A DNA stretch of 64,000 nt from an uncultured delta proteobacterium (GCA_963771175.1 CAVYSY010000050.1:145167-209166); one strand, 5' to 3'; counted from the first letter of the stretch, positions 1 to 10,043 are shown. Notes: generated from the letters alone by a model not told the origin. Program-made: numbers and translations.

Positions 1-985
1 CGGCTGGGCAGGGGCCGCAGTCCTTGCCGCAGTTGTCCGGGGTGTCATCCGTGCCGCACGACTCGGTGTACTGGCAGATGCCGTCACCGCACTTGAAGAC
101 ATCCCTCTTGCTCATCCGCGTGGTGATGGGCCGGTAGGTGACGCCGTTGTAGGTGCACGACGCGTAGAACTCCTTCGACTCGTCCTTCTCGCAATGCTTG
201 TCGCACCTGGCCTTGACGCGGACGATCGGCAGGCACGGCTGGCGGTCATCGTTCTTCTCGTCCGAGCGGGCGCAGGCGCGAGCGGAGCTGCCGTTGTGGT
301 GGAGCATGCGCCCGTCATTGCCGACGAAGAGGCCCTCGCCGTTGAAGAGGTTGCCGAAGAAGCAGGCCTCTTTCTCCGGGAAGGCGTCGAACTCCTCCTT
401 GGTGTAGGGGATGAGCTCGCCCAGCGCATTCCGCCCCAGCACGGAGATGGGGACGCGGACCCCGAACTTGTTCGCGTGGGCCGCCAGGCAGGCGGAGATG
501 AGCTGTTGCTCGGCCAGGGTCGCCGGTGCGCCCTGGGCCCAGTCCGGCGCCAGCCCCAGGTTTCCCGTCCAGGTGTAGAGGGTGCCCGTGGAGGGCTCGG
601 TGTAGCCGCGCGTCTGCCCGGCGGGCACGGCGCACTGGACGAGGTACTTCATCACCGCGTCGCCGAGCACCGGATCCGTCTGGAACCACGAGGTGAACTC
701 GGGGGTGGCCAGGCCATTGAAGGCCAGGCCATTGAAGGCGAGCCCGTTGAAGGCCAGGCCATTGAAGGCGAGCCCGTTGAAGGCCAGGCCATTCGGGGAC
801 AGGCCGTTGAGGTCGTACAGCGCCTGCTGTCGGACGGCGAGCTCCTGGGGCTCCTCGGGCGGGGCTACCGGGCCACAGGCGCTCGTGGAGGAGAGCAGGA
901 CGGCCGCCCACAGCAGGGCCAGATGGGAGCGTCCTGCCGGAGGGCGCTCCACACGGTGGGATACGTCGAACCGTTGGAGTTGCAC
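1..985 (-). CDS. Cys-rich myxobacterial lipoprotein with NGL(A/S)x pentapeptide repeats; 3' end runs off the window
   Basis: Translated by hand; it is absent from the ORF track because no stop is reached in the window. RBS AAAGGAG, GTG at 985, MQLQRFDVSHRVERPPAGRSHLALLWAAVLLSSTSAC (lipobox), then NGLSPNGLAFNGLAFNGLAFNGLAF, MKYLVQCAVP, GNLGLAPDW, SACLAAHAN and a C-terminal CGDGIC...DCGPC. Confidence 0.8.
   Translation of the reverse strand, partial: MQLQRFDVSHRVERPPAGRSHLALLWAAVLLSSTSACGPVAPPEEPQELAVRQQALYDLNGLSPNGLAFNGLAFNGLAFNGLAFNGLAFNGLATPEFTSWFQTDPVLGDAVMKYLVQCAVPAGQTRGYTEPSTGTLYTWTGNLGLAPDWAQGAPATLAEQQLISACLAAHANKFGVRVPISVLGRNALGELIPYTKEEFDAFPEKEACFFGNLFNGEGLFVGNDGRMLHHNGSSARACARSDEKNDDRQPCLPIVRVKARCDKHCEKDESKEFYASCTYNGVTYRPITTRMSKRDVFKCGDGICQYTESCGTDDTPDNCGKDCGPCPA
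706..812 (-). repeat. 15/30-bp coding tandem repeat (NGLAF pentapeptides)
   Basis: Repeated ggccaggccattgaaggcgagcccgttgaa units are visible on the + strand. Confidence 0.85.
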
Positions 986-1245
986 GACGAGCTCCTTTGT
1001 CGGAAGTGGGGGCGGAGGATGGCTCCACGGTCAGGTTGCTCCTGGGTGAGCAGTCGGGAAAGCCGGAGCAGCCAGGAATTGTCAGCTCCTCCATCTGGAG
1101 ACGGGGGGATTGTGGCCTCGCGTACGCCCCGGGGTGGGCCCGAGTCGGCGGGCGGACGCTTCGGGGTGTAGGGGAGGGCGCACCGGGTGTCGGGTTTTCG
1201 ACGGAGCCTTGCGCCCGTCCTCCCGCTGCGGTAGTTCGCGACCCC

Positions 1246-1881
1246 ATGCCGTCACCTCTCGTCGTTGGCATCGCCGGTGGTACTGCTTCCGGCAAAACGA
1301 CGGTCGCTCGGAAGGTCCGCGACGCGCTCGCCGACTGCCGCGTGGCCTTCATCGATCAGGACTCGTACTACCGGGACCTGTCGGACCTGACGCTCGCCGA
1401 GCGCCGCGAGGTCAACTTCGACCATCCGGATGCCTTCGACACGGAGCTGCTCGTCGAGCACCTGCGAGAGCTCAAGGCGGGCCGGCCCATCCAGAAGCCG
1501 GTCTACGACTTCGTCACGTCCACCCGGCAGAAGCACACGGTGCGCGTGGACCCCGGGGACATGATCCTCATCGAGGGCATCCTCGTGCTCCACATGAAGC
1601 CGGTGCGCGACGAGATGGGCGTGCGCATCTACGTGGACACCGACGACGACCTGCGCATCCTGCGCCGCCTGGAGCGCGACATCCACGAGCGCGGGCGCGA
1701 CTTCGACCACGTGGTCAGCCAGTACCTGCGCCAGGTGCGCCCCATGCACATGGGCTTCGTCGAGCCCTCCAAGCACCACGCCGACATCATCGTCCCCCAT
1801 GGCGGCAACAACGACATCGCCATCATGATGCTGGTGGGCGCGCTGCGCGCGAAGCTGCTCAACCCCGCCGCGCACCGCTGA
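1246..1881 (+). CDS. udk: Uridine kinase
   Basis: VVGIAGGTASGKTT P-loop, DQDSYY, NFDHPDAFD, EGIL, RRLERD..ERGR, FVEPSK..ADIIVP motifs; ATG at 1246. Confidence 0.95.
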   Translation: MPSPLVVGIAGGTASGKTTVARKVRDALADCRVAFIDQDSYYRDLSDLTLAERREVNFDHPDAFDTELLVEHLRELKAGRPIQKPVYDFVTSTRQKHTVRVDPGDMILIEGILVLHMKPVRDEMGVRIYVDTDDDLRILRRLERDIHERGRDFDHVVSQYLRQVRPMHMGFVEPSKHHADIIVPHGGNNDIAIMMLVGALRAKLLNPAAHR

Positions 1882-1915
1882 CGGGCGCTGGCAGGGCCCC
1901 GCGGCTCAGCCGTGT

Positions 1916-2953
1916 TCACGAGCTCCGGCGTCGCAGGAAGTCCCGCATCGGGCGGTGCAGCCGCCCCGCATGCGCCAGCAGGCCCGCGTGATCGCACGGC
2001 GTCGGCACCTCCTGGTAGTGCGCCCGCACGCCCGCCGCGCTGAGCAGGTGGTACGTGTCCCGCACCCGTGACGGAGGCGCCAGTGCGTCGTCCGCTCCCG
2101 CCGCGAGCAGCACCGGCGCCCGGATCTTCTCCAGGCTGTCGGTGACGTCGCCTCCCGCGTACGCCGTGCACAGCAGCGACCACGCGTTCGCGTCGAAGGT
2201 CTCCGCGAAGGCGTCGGCATCCGCCTCCAGCGCCCGCTCGGCGGTGGCCACGGTCGGGTCCATGCAGCGGAACGTGTCGGCCCCGTGGAGCAGCCGCAGG
2301 TACTCCAGGCGCAGCTTGCGCAAGGTGCGCTTCGGTCCCTGGCCCGGCGCGTAGTGGCCCTCGCGGAAGTCCGGATCCTGCCGCAGCATCTGGTGGGTGA
2401 GACCGAGCCGCTCGCGCAGGGGCTCGGGCAGGGCCTTCGCGGCGCCCAGCACCACCACCGCCGTCGTCAGCTCCGGGAAGAGCGCCGCGAGCTGCAACGC
2501 CACCAGCCCGCCGAGCCCCACGCCCACCAGCGCCCGCGCGCGCTCCACCTTCATCCCGCGCAGCATCGCCGCCACCGCGCGCGCCATGTCCGTCACCGTC
2601 ACCGTCGGCAGCGCCGGGCCGTAGGCCCTGCCCACCTTCGTGTCGACCGTCACCGGCGAGGTGGAGCCGAAGGGGCTGCCGAGAAGGTTCGGCACCAGCA
2701 CGTGCAGCGCCGACGTGTCCAGTGGAAGCCCCTCGCCGACGAGCTCCGTGCCCCAGCCCGAGGGCTGGAAGGCCCCCGGCTCCACCGGCCCCAGTGCATG
2801 GTGCGAGTGGGCGAGGTCGTGCAGCAGCACCGCAACATTGTCGTCGGAGCGCTCACCGTAGGCAGACCAGGAGACCGAGGCCCCGCCTAGCAGGCCGCCC
2901 TCCTCTAGAGGAAGTGCAACCGGTAACGTGTAGCTGCCGGTGGTCTGGTACAC
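1916..2953 (-). CDS. Homoserine O-acetyltransferase (MetX)-like alpha/beta hydrolase with an atypical nucleophile elbow
   Basis: LEEGGLL..YG, NLLGSPFGSTSP, VTDMARA, DPDFREGHY, FDAN motifs of the MetX fold; GVGLGG in place of GxSxGG. Confidence 0.8.
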   Translation of the reverse strand: MYQTTGSYTLPVALPLEEGGLLGGASVSWSAYGERSDDNVAVLLHDLAHSHHALGPVEPGAFQPSGWGTELVGEGLPLDTSALHVLVPNLLGSPFGSTSPVTVDTKVGRAYGPALPTVTVTDMARAVAAMLRGMKVERARALVGVGLGGLVALQLAALFPELTTAVVVLGAAKALPEPLRERLGLTHQMLRQDPDFREGHYAPGQGPKRTLRKLRLEYLRLLHGADTFRCMDPTVATAERALEADADAFAETFDANAWSLLCTAYAGGDVTDSLEKIRAPVLLAAGADDALAPPSRVRDTYHLLSAAGVRAHYQEVPTPCDHAGLLAHAGRLHRPMRDFLRRRSS

Positions 2954-3009
2954 GCGAGTCGGGTCTCATATCACTACGGCCGTTATTTCCGAGAGAGGAG
3001 CATCTCCGC

Positions 3010-3915
3010 GTGAAGCGTTATTTCGGACTCATCGTCCTCATCGTGGGCATCATCATTGCCGGGGTGGTGACGTCTCGCAGCGCGAACACCAGGGCGGACG
3101 AGGCCCAGCGCCAGGCGGACTTCACCCGTATCCAGAAGGACTACCTGGAGCGCGTGGGCTGGCTGCGCACCAACCCCGACGAGGGCACCTACCGTCAGGA
3201 GCTGACCCCGTTCTTCAAGACGTACTTCGAGCAGGTCGCCTCGCACCAGAGCCGCTTCAAGCTGAGCAAGGAGTTCGACGCGTACCTGGACGAGCTCGAC
3301 AAGCGCGGGGAGAAGGACGAGCGGGCCCAGGACAAGAAGGCCTTCTACGACTACACGCGCAAGGTGTTCGACCAGATGCGCGAGGGCCGTTACAAGCCGG
3401 TGTGGACGGCCACCGACAAGGGCATGCGCCTGGACGTGCTCTCCTCCGACGTGGTGATGGTGCTCAACAAGCCGCAGGTGCGCCTGCAGCTCGTGCTCTG
3501 GGGCGCCCAGCGCGAGGAGCGCCAGGACGGCAAGGTGAAGAAGATGCTCACCAGCGCCTCCTTCAAGACCCAGTGGAAGCTCACCGACGAGAAGGGGAAG
3601 CTGTTCGGCGAGATGACCGCGGACGATCCCTCGATGAAGGTCGACTTCCCCGAGCGGTTCATCGCCGAGTTCCCCCCGCAGATGGTGCTCGGCCACTACG
3701 ACATGGACCTCATCCCCAATGAGGTGAAGAAGATGGAGATCACCTTCAACGTCAGCTCGCGCGCCTCGTCGGGCGGCGATGCCACGGCCACCTACCTGTG
3801 GAAGCTGGACGTGCCCTCCGAGTGGCGGCTCGGTGCGGGCGAGAAGTGGGATGGCGCCGAGGTCACCGAGCGCTCCGAGGAGGAGATCGATCCCTCCAAG
3901 GCCGCGCAGAAGTAG
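3010..3915 (+). CDS. Hypothetical membrane-anchored protein
   Basis: RBS GAGAGGAG, GTG at 3010, N-terminal hydrophobic segment (KRYFGLIVLIVGIIIAGVV), strongly GC3-biased codons. Confidence 0.8.
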   Translation: MKRYFGLIVLIVGIIIAGVVTSRSANTRADEAQRQADFTRIQKDYLERVGWLRTNPDEGTYRQELTPFFKTYFEQVASHQSRFKLSKEFDAYLDELDKRGEKDERAQDKKAFYDYTRKVFDQMREGRYKPVWTATDKGMRLDVLSSDVVMVLNKPQVRLQLVLWGAQREERQDGKVKKMLTSASFKTQWKLTDEKGKLFGEMTADDPSMKVDFPERFIAEFPPQMVLGHYDMDLIPNEVKKMEITFNVSSRASSGGDATATYLWKLDVPSEWRLGAGEKWDGAEVTERSEEEIDPSKAAQK

Positions 3916-4018
3916 GAGTCCGAGGGGCCTTGTCCCCAGGGCCCACCGCCCACGTCAGCTCCACCTGAGCCGGTGGAAGGGCAGGAGGGCGAGCAGGTTC
4001 TCGCTCGCCTGCCCGCCA

Positions 4019-4339
4019 TCAGGGCGCCTGGGGCCGAGGTGGCTGTGGGGGCCACCTCGAGCGGTCCTTCTCCATGAGCTGTTGGGTCTTGCGCTCCGCC
4101 CAGTCCTGGCTGAAGGGCCCTCCGAAGAAGGTGAAGGTGGCGTGTAGCAGCAGGGCAATGCCCCAGCCGATGAGGGGCCAGTAGAACCAGAGGTGCTCGC
4201 GGTTCGTCACCATGTTGATGGCGAACAGGCCGAGATTCACCAAGAGGTACACCACGAGGTGGCTGTAGAACCCTTGCAGTTCCTCGGCGCGCTTGTGCGC
4301 ACGCTCGTAGGCCGGGTCGTTCTTCCTGTCGTCGGGCAT
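4019..4339 (-). CDS. 2TM domain protein
   Basis: YERAHKRAEELQGFYSHLVVYLLVN...WFYWPLIGWGIALLLHA is the typical 2TM pattern; RBS GGAGGAG before ATG 4339. Confidence 0.85.
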   Translation of the reverse strand: MPDDRKNDPAYERAHKRAEELQGFYSHLVVYLLVNLGLFAINMVTNREHLWFYWPLIGWGIALLLHATFTFFGGPFSQDWAERKTQQLMEKDRSRWPPQPPRPQAP

Positions 4340-4495
4340 GAGGCACTCCTCCCCCGCAAGTTGGGAAGTGGGCCTGGCCCGTGTCCATGGGTCCACCGCT
4401 GCGGCTTGCTCGGTGCCCTGCTTCGTCCAGAAGGGCCGTCTTCCTGGGGGGGTCGACCCGAGAGAGCGAGCGCATGCTCGGCCACCCGGGGCGGC

Positions 4496-6683
4496 TCAGT
4501 TCTCCACCACCGCGAAGTGCGAGGTGAGCTTGTAGGCGGAGAGCGTGCCGAGCTCGTCCAGGAAGTAGAGGTTGAGCTGCGCATCGGCCTGCAGCGCCGT
4601 GAGGCCCGCTCCGGCCCGCACCTCGGCGAGCACGTTGCCGCTGTCCGGATCCACCGCGCGCACGCGCTCGCCCGGCACCAGCACCACGCCGCGCGAGATG
4701 ACGGGTAGCAGCGCCTTCGAGAGCTGCTCGCCCGCCGCTCCCACCCGCCAGTCCACCTCGCCGTCATCGCTCATCCGCGCGGCGGCTCCGAGCGCCGACG
4801 TCACCAGCACTCCGCCCGGCAGCTTCGCCAGTGCGTAGGGCCCCGGCCCCAGGTGCAGCGCGCGCTGCCATCGCGTCTGCCCGTTCGCGTCGAGGCACAG
4901 GAGCACGCCCTCGCCCTCGAGCTCCCCGGCGATGAACAGGCGCTTCCCGCTGGGGAGCGGCGTCGAGGGCAGGGCCAGTGACATCTCGTACGTCCAGACG
5001 GCCTCGCCGGTGTGGGCATCCGACAGCAGCAGCGCGCAGTGCGAGCCCTGGCCCAGCAGCGCCACGAAGCGCCGGCCCCAGGGCACCGGCGGGCCCAGGA
5101 AGGGGAGGGACGCGCTCATGCGGAAGCGCACCTGTCCATCCGCCAGGTCCAGCCCGTAGAGGTAGCCCGAGTCCGTCGCCAGCAGGGCGCGGTGGGCCTG
5201 AATCCCCAGGTGGCTGCGCCGCGTGCGCGGGGGCGCCAGTCGCCACATCTCCCGGCCCGTCACCTCGTTGAAGGCGAGGGCGATCCGATCATCCGAGAGC
5301 GTGAGCAGCAGCCCGTCCTGCCGCAGCAGCAGCGGGCCGATGTTCAGGCCATCGTGGTCGTGCAGCCAGCGCGCACTCGCGCCCTTGCCCTGGAAGCCGC
5401 AGATGCGCACGGTGCTCGCCCCGAGGCTGTAGCCATCCGCCGAGGCCGCCACGCCATGGGTCGCCGCCCGTCGCCAGAGCTGCTTGCCCGTCTTGCGCTC
5501 GAAGGCGCAGGCCATCCGCGGGGACGAGAACACCACCCCCTGGCGCCCCAGCATCAGCCGCCCCTGGTCCGCGTCCGCCAGCTTGCGCTGCTCCCACAGG
5601 CTCTGGAAGCGCAGGCGGCGCAGGCGCCCGGGCACCTTCAGCGGGCGGGAGGCCCCAGGCGAGGGGGCCGTGCCGGGCGATCGCTGGCGTGCTCTCCTCG
5701 GGAGGTTGTACGGCCCCGCGCATGTGCGAGAGGCCCTCCCGGCAGCGCTCGGTCAGCTCCACGAGGTAGGGGTTGCTCGCCAGCGAGCGCTCCCGCTCGG
5801 CCATGGCCACCGCCAGGGCCTGTCCCAGGTGGAACATGGCCTCCACCAGCGCCTCGCCCTGGAGGGGAAGGGCGGTGCCTCCCAGCCGGCCCTCTCCCGC
5901 CTTCAGGTCCAGCATCAGCTCCGGACGCACCCCCGCGGGCTCGAAGCCGAAGCGCGGCTCGCCCAACTCCATCGCCCGTGCCAGGTCCGCCGCCTGCCGG
6001 GTCAGCTCCAGCACGGTGAGGAAGGGCGGCCCCGGCGCGCGCCACGCCACCGGACGGTCCGGCAGGGACAGCCACACCTCTCCCGGGCACAGCAGCGAGG
6101 CCAGCGCCGGACCCTTCTCCCTCGCCGAACGACGCAGCACGTCATCCGGATCCTCCAGCGCGAAGCCGAAGCCGGGCACCGACGGCGGCGCCACCCGCCG
6201 GGTGAAGGGCTGGGGCCGGAGCTCCTCTGGATGGTGGGCGGGCTCGTCGAGCCGCTTCAGCGCCCGCTCGAGCCCCTGCCCGTGCTCCCTGCTCAGCGCC
6301 CGGGGGGCCACCTGGGAGATGTCCTTCAGGAAGTCCCGGCCACATGCCCGGGCCGCCTCCGCCAGCTCCTCCGCGTCCAGCCGCAGCGGCGGGCGCAGCA
6401 GCCGGGCCGGCCGCGACAGGCTCGCCACCTGTAGCTCGATGTCCGCTCCTGAACGCCTCAGCACCAGCTCCAGGTGCGCCTCCGCCAGCGAGGCCTGGGC
6501 CAGTCTCTGGCTCCCCGCATGCAACGCGGCCACGGCCCCCACGAGCGCCGGCACCGCCTCCACGAGCGATTCCTCCACCGCGCCCGGCAGCAGATTCACC
6601 CCGTCCAGCTCCATCGCGACGGAATCGCGCGGAGGGTTGGCGGGTTCGCGTTTCCATCGATGTCCGATGCGAAAGCGGAGCAT
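4496..6683 (-). CDS. PQQ-like beta-propeller repeat protein with an uncharacterised N-terminal half (apparent frameshift near 5660-5690)
   Basis: MLRFRIGHRWKREP start at 6683 in one frame. The C-terminal ORF 4496-5635 has repeated A(F/L)DxxTGxxxW propeller motifs (FERKTGKQLW, FNEVTGREMW, DAHTGEAVW). Confidence 0.75.
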
Positions 6684-6697
6684 CCCTTCCCCATTCG

Positions 6698-6727
6698 TTG
6701 ACAAGCCAGAATAGCGATGGCTAGCAT
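6698..6727 (+). promoter_or_regulatory. Candidate sigma70/SigA promoter for the HARE-HTH gene
   Basis: TTGACA (6698-6703), 18-nt spacer, TAGCAT (6722-6727), in an AT-rich divergent intergenic gap. Confidence 0.6.
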
Positions 6728-6785
6728 CCGCCGCCCATACGGACCTACATTTTTGTAACCGTTCGAATTTCTTGGGGAATCGCCG

Positions 6786-9053
6786 ATGACTTTTTACGAG
6801 GCCGCTCTCCGTGTCCTGGAGAGCGAAGGTCGACCCCTCACCTTCCTGGAGATCACCGAGAAATCGATCGCCGAGAACCTGCTGTCCCACGTCGGCAAGA
6901 CGCCCGAGCTGACGATGCTGTCGCGGCTCGCGGCGATGGCCCGCCGGACGCGCGATCGCAAGGTGGTGGTCACCGCCAAGGACACCTTCGCGCTCGTCGA
7001 CTGGGCGTTGCCGGAGGACGCCGAGGCGTTGGCGTTGACGGGAGTGATGGAGCCACATCCAGAGGACAGCCTGCCGCCCCTGCGGCCGGACGAGCGCCAT
7101 CCGGAGCCGCGCACGGAGAACGTGCGCGCCGCGGGGCGTGGCACCGAGCGGGGCAAGCGCCGCCGCGAGGAGGAGGAGGAGGGTCGGGGTGGCAGTCGCC
7201 GCCGCTTCCCGCCCATGCCGGAGGTGGTGTTCGAGATCCTCAGCGAGTCCGAGCAGTCGCTGCGCCCGGAGCAGCTCCTGGAGCGGGCGAAGAGCAAGGA
7301 GCTGGCGGGCGAGGACCTGACCGTGGAGGCGCTGCTCACCGCGCTGCTGGAGGACAACCAGCGCCGCATCGACGCGGGCCGCCGTCCCCAGTTCTCCCTG
7401 TCCACGGAGACCGGGGCGGTGACGCTGGAGCGCGCCGGCGCGCCGAGCGAGGCGCCGCCGCTGGAGCTGCAGGCCGCGTTCGCCGCCGCGCTGGGGATTC
7501 CGCTCGAGGACGGGCGCCCGGTGCTGCCGAAGGCCGGTGCCGCCGCCGCCGCGACTCCCGAGGCCCAGGCCGATGCCGTCCTGCTGACGACGGCGCGCAC
7601 GGCGGTGAAGGACGCGCGCAAGGCCGTGGCTCGGGCGGTGCGCAAGCGCCTCGGCGAGCTGGACGTGGGCACCTTCGAGAAGTCCGTCGTGAAGATGATG
7701 CACGCGCTGGGCTTCCGCGAGCTGAAGGTGGCCAAGCGCTCCAAGGAGGGCCCGCTGCTCACCGCGCGCAAGCGCGAGGGCAGCGTGGACCTGCGCTACG
7801 CCATCCGCATGCTCAAGGGCACGCCGGCCCTGGAGCGCAAGGCGGTGCAGGAGCTGCGCAAGGACCTCGGCCACTACTCGGCCCAGGTGGGCCTGCTGGC
7901 GTGCGCCGGGGACGTGCGCGGCGATGCGCGCACCGAGGCCCAGGCGAGCGGCTCGCTGGTGATGCTGTGGTGCGGTGACGCGCTCGGCGAGAAGTTCCTC
8001 GAGGCCAAGGCCGCGGTGACCGTCACCACGGTGGAGTTGTACGACGTCGACGAGCGCTTCTTCGAGGTGGCGAAGCTCGAGGCCGAGGAGGCGCAGAAGC
8101 GTCGCGAGGAGCGCCAGCGCGAGAAGCAGGCCCGCACCGAGGAGGGGGAGGAGGGCGCCGAGGAGACCGAGGCCCGCGAGACCGAGGCCGCCGAGGAGGC
8201 CCCCGCGCCGTCCCGCCGCGAGGAGCGCCAGCGCGCCCGCGAGGAGCGTCGTCGCGAGCGGCAGGCCCGTGCCGAGCAGGCCCGCGCCGAGAAGCCCGAG
8301 GCCGCGCAGGCGCCGGTCGCCGTCGCGCCCACCGAGGCCGTCGCGCCCGCTGCCCTCTCCGAGGAGGAGCAGGGCGAGGAGGGTGAGGAGGAGGGCGAGG
8401 ACGAGGAGCTGGAGGCAGCGAGCGCCTTCGTCGGTGGCGGTCAGCCGGAGGGGGGTCCTCCGGGCGAGACCGCGGGTGAGCGCAAGCGCCGCCGCCGTCG
8501 TCGTCGGGGTCGTCGCGGCCGGGGTGGTCGTGGTCCCGAGGGGGCTCCGGGCGTCGAGGGTGCAGCCGGGGCGCCAGGGACTCCTCCGGGTGAGGGCGTC
8601 GCCGCCGCCGAGGGTGTCGCCGCCGCCGAGGGTGCCGCCACCACCGAGGGTGCCGCCACCACCGAGGGTGCCGCCACCACCGAGGGTGCCGCCACCACCG
8701 AGGGTGCCGCCACCGCCGGGGTGACTTCCGGTGAGGGCGTCGCCACCGCCGGGCCCGTTGCCGAGGCCGCTGCTCCGGCTCCTGTCCAGGAGGCCGCCGC
8801 ATCCGCGCCCTCCGAGGGCATGGCGGCTCCGGGTGAGGCCGTGAGGACGGCCGCCGAGTGGCAGTCGCCCTTCCCGAGCGTGGAGAGTTCCGCTCCGGCC
8901 GAGGCCCAGCGTACGGCCGCGGAGGAGTACGCTCGGGTGGCCGCCGAGAAGGCGGAATCCGTCGCCGAGGGGGCCCGTCCTCCCTCGGAGCCGGCCCCCT
9001 CCAACGAGCCACCTCCCTCGGGGGGCGGCTCGCCGGAAGGCGGGACGACCTGA
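6786..9053 (+). CDS. HARE-HTH (x2) + Mrr-like restriction-endonuclease-fold protein with a long charged, disordered tail
   Basis: MTFYEAALRVLESEGRPLTFLEITEKSI..LL...GKTPELTM is HARE-HTH-like. FEKSVVKMMHALGF...AVQEL...AQVGLL...LWCGDAL is Mrr_cat-like. The tail has acidic tracts and RKRRRRRRRGRRGRGGRG. Confidence 0.75.
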   Translation: MTFYEAALRVLESEGRPLTFLEITEKSIAENLLSHVGKTPELTMLSRLAAMARRTRDRKVVVTAKDTFALVDWALPEDAEALALTGVMEPHPEDSLPPLRPDERHPEPRTENVRAAGRGTERGKRRREEEEEGRGGSRRRFPPMPEVVFEILSESEQSLRPEQLLERAKSKELAGEDLTVEALLTALLEDNQRRIDAGRRPQFSLSTETGAVTLERAGAPSEAPPLELQAAFAAALGIPLEDGRPVLPKAGAAAAATPEAQADAVLLTTARTAVKDARKAVARAVRKRLGELDVGTFEKSVVKMMHALGFRELKVAKRSKEGPLLTARKREGSVDLRYAIRMLKGTPALERKAVQELRKDLGHYSAQVGLLACAGDVRGDARTEAQASGSLVMLWCGDALGEKFLEAKAAVTVTTVELYDVDERFFEVAKLEAEEAQKRREERQREKQARTEEGEEGAEETEARETEAAEEAPAPSRREERQRAREERRRERQARAEQARAEKPEAAQAPVAVAPTEAVAPAALSEEEQGEEGEEEGEDEELEAASAFVGGGQPEGGPPGETAGERKRRRRRRRGRRGRGGRGPEGAPGVEGAAGAPGTPPGEGVAAAEGVAAAEGAATTEGAATTEGAATTEGAATTEGAATAGVTSGEGVATAGPVAEAAAPAPVQEAAASAPSEGMAAPGEAVRTAAEWQSPFPSVESSAPAEAQRTAAEEYARVAAEKAESVAEGARPPSEPAPSNEPPPSGGGSPEGGTT
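8592..8750 (+). repeat. 18-bp coding tandem repeat (EG(V/A)A(A/T)(A/T))
   Basis: gagggtgccgccaccacc repeated several times, with degenerate flanking copies. Confidence 0.85.
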
Positions 9054-9110
9054 CGTCTTCGCGCTCTCCGCGGGTGAGGGGAGCGCGAGACTGGGCTAGG
9101 GTAGGCCGGT

Positions 9111-10040
9111 ATGAAGCCCGGCCTGCTCATCGTAGTGGTGGCCTTGATGCTCGGCGCCTGCCGTTCGCGGGAGCCGCTCCTGCCGGTGGAGCGCGTCACG
9201 CTCAAGGGCGCGACGGTGGTGGACAACGGCCTGCTCGGTTGGGGGCCGTCGGACGTTCACGAGCTCTTCTCGGACACGCTGCGCCAGAGCCGCCGCTTCG
9301 AGCTGCTCGAGAATGACGAGAAGGACGAGAAGGCGCGGCGGATGAAGGGCGCCTGGTCGCTCACGCTGGAGCTGCCCTTCACTCGCGAGTCGCTCAAGGA
9401 CGGCAGTGCGTTCACCTTCGCCGAGGTGGGCGCCACCCTGGAGCTGGAGCGGCGCGAGGCGGAGTCCACCGCTCGCTACCAGGTGGTGGGAATTGGCGAG
9501 GTGCGGGTGGAAGGGAAGGACCCCGAGGCTCGGCGCAAGGCGCTGCGCGAGGCGCTCCAGCGGGCCTTCAGCCAGGTCTCCGAGGCCGCCGCGCTCCAGA
9601 TGGCGGCGGCGGACCGGGAGGACGCGGCGCTCCTGCAGGACCTGCAGTCGCCGGACGAGCGGGTGCGCGAGTTCGCCCTGCACGTGCTAGCCGAGCGACG
9701 CAACCCCGCGTCGGCGCCGCTGCTCATCCGCCAGTTGGAGGACGAGGACGCGCAGGAGGTGCGCCAGGCCATCGGCGCGCTGGTGGAGATGAAGGCGCGC
9801 ACCGCCGTTCCCGCGCTCATCGAGTTGGTGAAGGATCGGGAGGTCGGCTTCGTGCAGGAGGTCGTCTTCGCCATCGGGGAGATTGGGGGCGCCGAGGCCG
9901 AGGCGTACCTCTTCACGGTGGCGCACGGGCATGATCAGCCGGATGTCCAGGCCGCCGCCCAGCAGGCGCTGGACACGCTCTACGCATCACGCAAGCTGGC
10001 CACTCCGGAGGCGCGCGGTACGGATCGCGCGAAACACTGA
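9111..10040 (+). CDS. HEAT-repeat lipoprotein
   Basis: Lipobox LGAC; C-terminal DERVREFAL..LA, DAQEVRQAIGAL, AIGEIGG HEAT/PBS-lyase-like repeats. Confidence 0.8.
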   Translation: MKPGLLIVVVALMLGACRSREPLLPVERVTLKGATVVDNGLLGWGPSDVHELFSDTLRQSRRFELLENDEKDEKARRMKGAWSLTLELPFTRESLKDGSAFTFAEVGATLELERREAESTARYQVVGIGEVRVEGKDPEARRKALREALQRAFSQVSEAAALQMAAADREDAALLQDLQSPDERVREFALHVLAERRNPASAPLLIRQLEDEDAQEVRQAIGALVEMKARTAVPALIELVKDREVGFVQEVVFAIGEIGGAEAEAYLFTVAHGHDQPDVQAAAQQALDTLYASRKLATPEARGTDRAKH

Positions 10041-10043
10041 CAC

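Noticed and set aside
6684..7874. N-terminal extensions of track ORFs 5289-7874, 27484-29547, 36381-37982 and 39168-40862
   Set aside because: The extensions overlap well-supported genes on the opposite strand or in another frame; internal starts (6683, 29025, 36701, 40298) fit better.
8592..8750. Tandem repeats here, at 706-812 and at 28073-28434 as CRISPR arrays
   Set aside because: All are in-frame coding repeats without unique spacers of constant length, and no cas genes are present.
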